Shown: piece after piece, positions 54,386 to 64,000 of the stretch | How positions within the stretch are numbered: the first letter of the stretch is position 1 | How the letters are laid out: the number at the start of each line of letters is the position of its first letter | Assembly (NCBI GenBank): GCA_976551045.1 | Contig: CDPCPM010000013.1 | Location: 20,460,001 to 20,524,000 of the forward strand | DNA: 64,000 nucleotides | Source: Glaucostegus cemiculus | Taxonomy: Eukaryota | Direction of reading: 5' to 3' | Program-made: the position numbers and the translations under genes | Notes under the pieces: model-generated | Told to the model about the DNA's origin: nothing | The model's database searches: none | The model's input: only the letters and a program-made list of their open reading frames with translations

Positions 54386-55113
54386 CAATCGGAACTCATC
54401 ACCAAGATCTCGCTTGGCTGGCAGTGAGAAGACCCTCCTTGTCAGATCCTTCCTATAGAGGTGACAACACAGGGCACACTGCCATCAAGAGGCCCATGAT
54501 GTGGATGAGGTGATTGCTCTCCTCATTGTGGACTGCAGGTTTGCAAAGAAGGTTTAGGAAAGGATATAAGGGCCCTTGTTGAGGTTCATCTGAAGCAGTT
54601 GCTTTGCAGAGGATTTGCTGATCCACAGGTTGTACCCAAGGACACATACCAAGACAAACTTCCAGTGTTGGTGGAAGGTCATCAACTCAATGAAAGGTGA
54701 ACTTTGGTCTTCCGGAAATCGGTAGGTCTTCTGGTACAATGAGATGTTTGTAAGGGAATGCTGCCACCTGGCATATTCCAGGGTTCAGGAGTATGTGCTG
54801 AGGGATACATGGAAGCTATGTGCAGCTAATGCGGTGTCTTAGTGGGGAAGGACTGCTGTCTAAGGTCCTACCACCACTTGACACGGAGGGGCTAGATCTG
54901 TTGAAAAGCCTCTCAAGCTCTTGAAGTGTGCATTGTCAAAAGAGGCAACGTGAGTGGCAATGGTGCTTACTGTAGAGAATGTACTATACAAATATATACA
55001 TCTGATAACACTCTGAATGTATAGACTGTATGACACAATGAATATAAGGAAAGCTATGCACATTTCTTGCATGTATTTTTATGAATAAAGTCCATTTGTG
55101 AGATTTTAAAAAA
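54386..55113 (+). mobile_element. Tx1/L1-clade LINE 3' part with AATAAA and A-tail
   Basis: HQDLAWLAVR-like sequence at 54398-54430; homologous to 24480-24956; aataaa at 55084. Confidence 0.8.
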
Positions 55114-58100
55114 TTGCAAATTGTGTTTGTAAAGTGCTTGTATAGAATGTGTGAATAAAAATCACTGAGTAATTGTACCAGGATATACTTGTGTAGCCCC
55201 CACCTGTGCCATGCTATTTTAAGGGATGTTATTTTGGCTTAATGGGTTTTTAGCCTATTCTGTTCTAGATTAATTTTCCATAGATATATTGAGGGTACAA
55301 TGGTTATTGCTACTTAAAATTATTGGAAGTATTTCTACAAATTATTGCACCTCAATATTTTCAAATCTATTTGTAGAATAGAAATTAGAAGTATTGAGCA
55401 CTCTTCTTCCTTTTTACTTGTAGCTCTATTATTATAGTATGATGATGTATGGTATTGGTGTGAGAATAGTTGTCCAGCACTTAAATGATAGTCATGTGAG
55501 ATTGAATTTAAAATTATGTTTATCAGTAAACAGTGAAATACTTTAAGATACAATATTGAGTTTTGTATTAATAATGACTGGCCCTCTGAAAGCAGGATTA
55601 AAATGGATGTTGATTTAAATATGCTTAGTGAAGAGTTTAGCTGACATTACACGAATATCACAATATATATGAAGTTAAATATAAATTGTTTAAAAAACTA
55701 TTTAGATTTTTGTGACAATGTATTCATTGTAATGTTTTAATTTGCTGCATTCTTTAGAAATATTTGGAACTGTTTGGGTTGGCCTGTGTAATAATAATTG
55801 AATACTCAAATTTGATATGTTGTTTGATATGTCCTTAATTAGTTCATTCATTCGTTTTCAGAAAGTGAATGTGTTTTCCAAGTAAATAATATTTAGAGAA
55901 ATAAACTTAAGTAAAATGTTTTTTGGAACAACTTAAAATTAGTTCATGAAACTTAACTATTTGACAGAGAAGGACTTAACTGATGGCTGCATTTCTAGAT
56001 CCCACAATTGCAAGAGTTCAGAAAGTCAGCAGGGTATTTGATGTGGACGTATTTGCCAAACCCAGTCCTGTTCACAATCAAACTTTCCAGCAGGGGTCAC
56101 TGGATAATGAGGAACAGCAGGAGCCTGACTGATGTTTTTCTTTCCTATGCCAGAACATTGTAATTAATTATAATGCCCTCATTGTCAATCTAGCTACTAA
56201 TAACAACTGAGTGTACGATCTAAGGAGTGAACCTGAAGTTGCACCATTCTGTATCTTCTATTATCTGTTCTACTTCCTTGAAATTAGTTATCCAATTTAC
56301 CTCAATTTTCCCAGACTATTCTGTTGCTTCACAGTAAATTCTGTGATTAATTAAAATAAAATTAATTTTCTTCTTTTATTGAAAGTGTAGCAATGAAGTT
56401 AGTAAAATGTTGGATAATTGTTTCAAAAAATTGTATGCTGTATCTCTTCTTTGATGTTGATAAGAGTTTCCTTTTATTTGAATACCATAAAATTTGATCT
56501 GAATTTCAGAAGACTTCCTTTAAAATATTGTGGCAGTTCTTACTTAATTTGAACTTGAATTTTGTGCGGAACAAATCCAAAGAATGGAAATTTCCTACGG
56601 TTGTTTATGCTGGCAGCAGCTCCAAATAATAATGGCATTTAAAAAAACATTGCATTCAATTCACCTTTTCAGTCTTACAGCAGTAAAACATAAATAAACT
56701 TGTTCATTCTCAAGTCACAAGTTCATTCCTGATACACAAAGTATATCTGCTGTTTTATATGAAGAGTTTTTTTATCTTGTAGATAAAAATGTTTTTAAAA
56801 TGTCCTTATTCATTCCTTCTTCCAATCTTAGAAACCTGTAAACAAATGAATTAAAATGGAACATGCTAACTACCAGGTAGAGTGGGGGGAGCGGAGGGGG
56901 GAGCAGTGGGAATATAGAGTTGAATATTAGTGGAAAATAATTAATAAGACTTGTTCTCCTGAATAAAGATATGCAAAAAGCCCTCTGGTGAACAGAATAG
57001 AGGAAATTGAGTATAATAATGATTACCATCTGCAGTAAAAAGCTGCTGTCAGCATTTAAAGACATTTGTTGTTTGATGATATGAGGTATTAAACCATTCC
57101 ATCATGTGCCATCATAGACTGCAGTGATAGGATGACGAGTTCAAATAACAGAAAACACTGATGCTTCAACTTGGTCAAATGACTCCGGGTTTGACTGCAC
57201 ATTTTTAATGGGTCATTCCTTCTTGAGCTCTCCTGCTGCTGCTGTGACAGGATAGCCCTGATTCCTTGTTATTCCTAGGAAGATTCAAACATAATTGGGA
57301 AGGTACCCTTGTTTTCAGGTGAGAAATTGATTTTTTTTAAAGAGATACCTATGGAATAATTATACTGATTTCAGGTGCCAGGTTAAAATATTTCTACTGA
57401 AATTAACTGGAATGGAGGTTTATAGAAATCCATTTCAATGTGTTTGGTTTCCCTGGTGATTTCTCTCAGTTGGCTGTCGAGGTTATCCTGCTGTGGAAAA
57501 TGTGTATATGGTTTGCAATGTAATTTGGTATTTGTGCTTTGAAGGAGTTATTGTTATTTGTTCCTGCTTTCCTAACTCTTTCCTTGATGAGTGATTATAT
57601 AGTAATTATATTTGGAAAAAAATAGACTTTTGAAGATCCCTTTGGTAGATCAAGCATTGAGTTGAAATAATAGGATGGATGTTCTTTGCTCTTTAAGTGC
57701 AAAGAGCTGTACGATTATATTTGTTAAGACAGAATTTTCATTTGTAACGTTGAATCATTCTGAAGCAGATTGCAGGTATTGTGCAGGCTGATGTATATAA
57801 CTATCAGCAGATGTACTAGGTTCTGACTGTATTCATTTTGTTTTTTTGCCTGAATCCTGACAATATACAATATTATTTTACAACATAATAGCTACAAAAC
57901 AGTATTTCTGAAAAATTCATAGACCATTGCATATACTTAATTTGCATTGTGATAAAAATTCTACTTTAATTATTGATATGAAAATTGTTTTGTGTGGTAA
58001 TACATGCCAATGAGAACATATATGTCAGTAGTAAACCTGTTCAAGTTGTTTAATTTTTTGCACTCTAAATGCTGCACAGCTTTTTTAATGAAAATTTTCT

Positions 58101-58596
58101 CTGTGTGTAAATGCATCTTCTACAGACCTGCAGTATTCTAATGTAAAATGCCTAACAATATTTCAGAAGAAGCCTAATATATAGAACCAGTAATGCATTG
58201 AAAAGATGCCTATGGTTGATTGCAATATTAAAGTCACTTAACTTTGCAGCTGCAACCTATCTATTGTAGGTCTATATGAAAACTATTAACAATAGAACCA
58301 TATGAAACAATATTGGCCATATAGGTTTCTCTGGAAATGCATTCTTTGATCAAGAAGTGAAATTCATGAATTCCTAGGAACAGTGTTCAAACTACACTGT
58401 TTCCTGTTGTGAATGTGTGTGTACATCATGGGGGTGGGGTGATGGGGAGAAGTAGAGGAAGTGTCAATATTTGTAATTTTAAAGCTACTACAGCTAATAA
58501 GCCTAATATTGAATGTATTGTATAAAAATAAAATCTCAAATATTTTTATTTGCTTTTTCTCTCCCCACCCTCCTACCACACACGTTACCTACTAAG

Positions 58597-58711
58597 AGTA
58601 CAGCCGTTTTGAGGCAAAAATCCATGACTTGCGGGAACAGATGCTAAATCACAGTATGAGTTCTGGGTCTGGCTCCCTAAGAACCAATCAGAAACGCTCA
58701 TTATATGTAAG
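58597..58711 (+). CDS. DLG2: Internal coding exon of a discs-large MAGUK (PDZ3 C-terminal helix and PDZ3-SH3 linker), most likely DLG2/PSD-93
   Basis: After AG at 58595-58596 the sequence reads (g)AG TAC AGC CGT... = (E)[37 protein letters not shown](R). It ends at a consensus donor AAG|GTAAGT (GT at 58712). Length 115 nt, phase 1 to phase 2. [16 protein letters not shown] is the DLG2-type motif (DLG1 [19 protein letters not shown]3 [19 protein letters not shown]4 NSSLGSGTASLRSNPK). Not in the ORF track because it is a short spliced exon. Confidence 0.93.
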
Positions 58712-61309
58712 GTAAGTACATTTATTTACTATTTAATCAATTAGCTGTTACTTATTTCACTGCATAAAGTATCATGTGTATATGTATATATTTTCAAATT
58801 GGATTGTAGTTAAAAATGGGCACAGTGTCAATGTAGGGCAAGCTGCACATACTTAATATGGCAAAAATTAGAACCATGAACTTGGCAGGCCACGGTGGCT
58901 ACTCAGCTGCAAGTTTGGGCAGCAGTCACAGTCCCAGTCCTTGCTTGGAAGGTGGCCAAGATCCTCAGCTGAGTTTGGGGTGTCAGCAAAGACAATCTGG
59001 GGTGAGATGAGCAGCGAGCAGAAGCAACCATTGAATGCAATGAGAAGCCTGTCTGAACTCCATAATAAAATACATAGGTGAAGTTCAAACTTACATCTCT
59101 TAAATTACACTTTTGTTTGCTGAGAACCTGAAGCAATTGACTGCAGTATGCATGTTGGACGAGCATATGTCAGTAAGGCACATATGTGCCACTTGTGTTG
59201 AAAAAGTGCATTAATATGACCTTTTCTGTTGAACACTGACACACCCATTTTACACATGGGAAATTGGGTATTGTATCCAATTTCCATGCCACGACATTAT
59301 AAAATGAATTTGGATCATGCTTAGTCAGTGATTGGCAAACCATTTATAAGAATACTACATCCACTGATGAAACAACTGTACTTTTATGTGATTTGGGACT
59401 ACATAGTCACCTTTGAGTCAGCATCTGGGGTTCTTGCCTTCATTATTACATCTACCATGGCACCAACTGCCAGCTCAACCAAAAGCCCAAAGTTTATATC
59501 AATGAGTCTTTCCATGACATTTTATTGGAGAAGGATATAAGTATCTGCAAACTTAAAAACAATGTTAATTACTAAATCTTAGCACCTTTACATTCAGTGA
59601 AATATTTGTATATATGCAGATTTTCTATAATTAGCTCCACCACTGGGTGGTGATGTGAGAGGTGCCATAGATCTTGTTGTTACTCACTTCTTTCTGTTGG
59701 CTGTGAATTCTGTTAAGTATAATCAGCCTGTGCTTCTTGGCAGATTTGAATGTGCAATGTACTCTTGATATTAAAATCTGTGCTTTATGAAAAACAAAGC
59801 TTTGTCTAAGCTGTTGAAGGGAGACCAAATTACAGGAGTGCTGTTTGTCTCTTCCTTCATGGTGTTTTCCATATCTGGTCTTCTACTTTTGTGTGAAATT
59901 TAATTAGTCATTTTCTAATGTGAATTTAAGTGTGGTCCATAGAAAAATAATAGCTGAGTAATTGATGGTATCACAAATATCACTAAATGCATAGTACAAA
60001 GGGTTATCAGCTCCCATCAGCCCAGATGTCTAGGGATTTGCTGAAAAAAAGGAGTTAGTTCTTCATACTGCAAAAATTGTTTGAGTCTTCATGATGAAAA
60101 ATATGAGTGAGTCATATGATTATGTACCTTGGGCACTTAGTTGTATAGTGAATGTTGGTAGAGGCTGTAAGAAAATTGTCTGTCTCACTTAATCATTCGG
60201 AAATATCAAGTGGAAAATAGCAAGAGTGAAGGAAAATAATTTTTTTTTAAACTGTGAATAAATAATAAACGAGGACTTGGGTATAATCATTTCAACTTAC
60301 TCTTGAACCAGTTGTCAGTCCCTTATTTTCTCTAAGGTGTAAGGATTTTTGTGAGCTGGTTTCTTTGTCACAGTCATTCTTTGTTCTGTGTTTATATGTG
60401 ATGCAGAAAGAGAAAGTCAGGTAGTATCAAACATTGAAATGTCTTTCCCTACTGTTTCATACATGCCAACTATGATTTTTTTGTGGTAGCATTTGGAGGC
60501 AAAATCAGCTCCGACCAAACCTTTCAGTCAAACATGCTCCAACTATGTCTATCTGCTAATGTACATGGATTTCTGCTGCTCCTTACTAATGCAGTATTCT
60601 CACTAGGACAACAGTTTCTCTATATAGTATGCAGTGATCAGAAATACAATGGAAAAGAGACACCATAAGTGTACAGGGTAGAAATGGATGAAGTAAAGAG
60701 CAGAAAGAGGAGAAAATGGATGACAAAGAGAGGGAAATGGAAGTATATATAAAGAAAGGAGGAGAAGGACTAATGAAGATGGAAATGAATGTTAAAGGTA
60801 ATGATGGCAGTGAAGAGGGGATCTTGGATATTAATTGCAAGAAGAGGGAAAAAGAAAGGCAAAGTCTGGGAGCAGAGATTGTGGTGATTTGGACTAAGTT
60901 AGACATGATGCAAAGGAGTACAATAGCTAGCATTAACTGAAAGGGAGTGCAGAGAAAATGTTCACGTGTGTTACATTGAGAACAAAGGGTGCTAGCTTAA
61001 ATACAAGGAATAAATTGAGGCTAAATTTAACAAAGGGATTTAGAGGGAGGGAAAATATGCCATTTTGACCCGAAGGAGAAAACACTATTCTGGTTTAAAT
61101 GGACACAATATTGACCATTTTCCTTCTTCAAATTTTCTTAAGTGGGAGGGTTTGAAGGGAATAAGAAAAGATTCTTAGAAGTGGGAGCTGAATTGCATAC
61201 TGCCTTTTTGAACTGCAGTATGAGGACATAGCATGCCTTTGTACTGAGGTGAGAGTTGGATTTGGGATAGTGATAGTCAAGGTAACTTTTCAGGAAGTGA
61301 TGGTTCATT

Positions 61310-61815
61310 TGTTTGGAGACGGTCCAGATGAGGTTTACAAGAATGATCCCAGGAATGAAAGGGTTAACACATGAGGAATATTTGATGGCTCTGGGCCTGT
61401 ACTTGCTGGAGTTTAGAAGGATGAGGGGGGATCTCATTGAAGCCTACCAAATATTGAAAGGCCTGGATAGAGTGGACATGAAGAGGATATCTCCAGTAGA
61501 GGGAGAGTCTAGGACCGGAGGGCACAGCCTCAGAATAAAAGGATGTCCCTTTAGAACAGAAATAAGGAGGAATTTCTTTAGCTAGAGAGTAGTGAATCTG
61601 TGGAATGCATTGCCACAGATGGCTGTGGAGGCCAAGTCATTGGGTATATTTCAAGCAGAGGCTGGTAGGTTCTTGATTAGTAAGGGCATCAAAGTTTATG
61701 GGGAGAAGGCAGGAGAATGGGATTGAGAAGGAAAGATAAATCAGCCATGATCAAATGGCAGCACAGACTCGATGGGCAGAATGACCTAATTCTGCTCTTA
61801 TGTCTTTGGTCTTAT
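61310..61815 (+). mobile_element. CR1 3' fragment
   Basis: ORF 61313-61585 RFTRMIPGMKGL...RRMRGDLIE...RRNFFS, plus CR1 tail. Confidence 0.92.
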
Positions 61816-62704
61816 GTTTGTTGTACTTTCGAATGTCATTTTATTGTTCCTTACTTTTTACTTAAGTATCTATGTATTGTGACCTATTTAAGCGCAAAAA
61901 AAGATCTATTTCTAATCCAAAAATGTGCAGTTTTCCCGGGAAGTGCAGCCTTTGAATACCTTGAAATGTTCACTGAGGTTCATTTTTTAGATTTCCCGCA
62001 TTAGCCTGTCATGATTTAGTTTTTCATTTTTCCAATTTGAATGAAAGAACATTGGATACAGGTACATCTTACATTACAGAAACCAACTTGACTATTTGTT
62101 GAGATATTGACTTACAATCAAAGTCTGTTTATGGTAGATTTCTATAAAAGTGTAATTATTGATTTATCTGTTGCTCATGGAATACTATGTCTGAATTCAA
62201 AGAATGATAATATTTACATATTGTTTCCTTTAATGCCTCTTTAATTTGATTAAGCTGGAAATAGAATGAAATGTCCATCCTTGTGATCTTTGTGTGTAGT
62301 AACCAAAATATATGTCTAGAAAGTTCAGGTTAAACCTAATTTGAATTGCTCACTGACATCATATTATAGAGAATCAAAATTAAATCAGTAGTTAAAATAT
62401 ATTAATACTAATACATTAAATTTACCTGAAATATTGCAAAGTATTTTGGAATTTTTAGTGCTTTATTCCAGAATGCTTTAATGGGATTTGGGTACATGTA
62501 AAAATGAATGCTAGATGATGTCAAGTTTCATTTCACCAGTATGATGCGGAGTTAACAAGTCAAATATGTGAACTATAATATTGATTAACTGTCTTGAATT
62601 TGTCACAATTCAAAGAGCTGTCAATTGAAGTATTCTCAAAGGTACAGTGAACCATCTTGATTATGGCATCACATGAAATATACTTCAATTAAGTCTAATA
62701 TGTT

Positions 62705-64000
62705 TTCATTAGATTAGAATATAGTGAAATTAACTCCTTTATTCAAAAAAGGGAGATGGTATGCAGGAATCTCTATGCCTAGTTAACAGTGTCTATCACA
62801 GGGAAAATTTTAGAAGCTGTTTTTAAAGATATTATAGCAAGGCAGTTAGAACAATTCAAGGTAATCAGGCAAAGTCAACGTGGTTTTGTAAAAGGGAAAT
62901 CATGTTTGACCAATTTATTGGAGTTTTTTGATGAAGTATCATATGCTTTGGATAAAAAGGAAACAATTAATGTACTATACTTAGCTTTCCAGGAGGCTGT
63001 TTATGAAGTGCCACATCAAAAGTTATTGTAGAAAATAAGAACTCTGTGTAGGAGGTAAAACATTGGCATGGATAGAAATTTGGTTGACTAACAGGAAACT
63101 CATAAATGGGTCTTTATCTGGTTGGCAAGCTGCAACAAGTCTGCCAGCAGCATCAGCGCTGGGCTCAATATTATATAAAAATGACTTGAAAGAAGGGACC
63201 AAAGGTATGGCTGCTGGGCTTTCTAATGACACAAAGATAGATAGGAAAATAATTTGCTGAAGAGGACAAAGAGCTACAAAGGAATATAGATAGGTCAGGT
63301 GAGTGAGCAAAGATCTTGCAAATGGAGTATAATGTGAAATTATGCATCTTGTGAATAAAAGTAAAGAAGCAGCAAACTATCTAAATGGTGAGAGATTGCA
63401 GAGTTCCAAGGTGCAGAAGAATATGGGTGTGCTCGTGCAAGGTTTGTAAAAGACTAGAATGCCAGCACACCAAGTAATTATGAAAGCTAAAATTATGTTT
63501 TAGTTTATTACTTGGGAAAATACATACAAAACTAGTGTTGCTGTGCCCCAGGATAAAAGGAAGAATGGAGACGAGAGACTGCAGGTGCTGGAACCTGGAG
63601 CAACAAACAATCTGCTGGATGAACTCAGTGGGTCAAACAGCATCTGTGAGAGGGTGCAGGGTTTTGACCCAATGCAGGGTTTCAACCTGCAACATTGACA
63701 ATTCCTTTCCTCCCACAGATGCTGCTCCACATGCTGAGTTCATCCAGCAGATTGTTTGTTGCTCCATAAAAGGAAGTATATAAATGCATTGGAAGTAGTT
63801 CAGAGAGGCATTACAAGACCAATACCTGGAATAGGCCTGTTGTCACATGAGGAAAGATTGGACAGGCTAGGCATGTATCCTATAGAATTTAGAAATGTGA
63901 GCAGCAGCTTGATTCAAACATATACAATTCTAAGGAGTCTTGACAAGGTGGAAAGAATGTCCCTCTTGAGGGCGAACCTAGAACTAGGGGCCACTGTTTA
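62705..64000 (+). mobile_element. CR1 RT fragment running off the window
   Basis: GFVKGKSCLTNLLEFF...YLAFQEA (ORF 62789-63031). Confidence 0.9.
63564..63765. mobile_element. Palindromic Penelope-type unit inserted in a CR1, with 11-bp target-site duplication
   Basis: Same family as 1216-1430. tggagcaacaaacaatctgctggatgaactcag and ctgagttcatccagcagattgtttgttgctcca are exact reverse complements. Flanked by ataaaaggaag at 63553-63563 and 63766-63776. Confidence 0.8.

Larger units (their letters stand above)
1..58596 (+). other. DLG2: Probable large DLG2 intron (part) upstream of the linker exon
   Basis: I found no match by eye to the preceding PDZ3 exon (VNG.DLR.A.HEQAA..LK.AGQ.V.I.AQY.PE) in the window. 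DLG2 is known for very large introns, and this region is repeat-dominated. Confidence 0.6.

Noticed and set aside
60716-60940. Charged low-complexity ORF
   Set aside because: Translation of a purine-rich degraded stretch (probably antisense L2-like); no splice or domain evidence.
1-64000. CRISPR array, prokaryotic operon or other DLG2 coding exons (PDZ3, SH3)
   Set aside because: No regularly spaced repeats and no gene-dense region. I found no PDZ3 or SH3 peptide match by eye; tblastn with DLG2 would be decisive.

Overview
Vertebrate (cartilaginous-fish, probably batoid-like; inferred from the repeat families) genomic DNA that is almost entirely intronic. I can support only one host coding exon: a 115-nt + strand exon at 58597-58711 encoding the PDZ3-SH3 linker of a DLG-family MAGUK, best matching DLG2/PSD-93. 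The rest is a dense mosaic of decayed retroelements (CR1/HER1-type LINEs, another CR1/L2-group LINE, L2, RTE, Tx1/L1, Rex-type tails, tRNA-derived V-SINE/HE1-like SINEs, Deu-domain SINEs, Penelope-type terminal repeats) plus one TA-flanked MITE. The longer ORFs in the track are reverse-transcriptase debris. Structure not explained by ordinary repeats: (i) an ungapped 246-bp, 91.5%-identical inverted repeat (15045-15290 / 16277-16522), fused through a CCA microhomology to a direct copy of a second nearby segment; (ii) a second locus (4989-6610) with the same inverted-copy-plus-direct-copy architecture and patchy identity; (iii) palindromic Penelope-type units with hammerhead-like cores, one flanked by an 11-bp target-site duplication; (iv) a 5'-inverted Tx1 element; (v) candidate DLG2 splicing features. 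Repeat boundaries are by eye, and family names come from my recall of consensus sequences, not from a database search.
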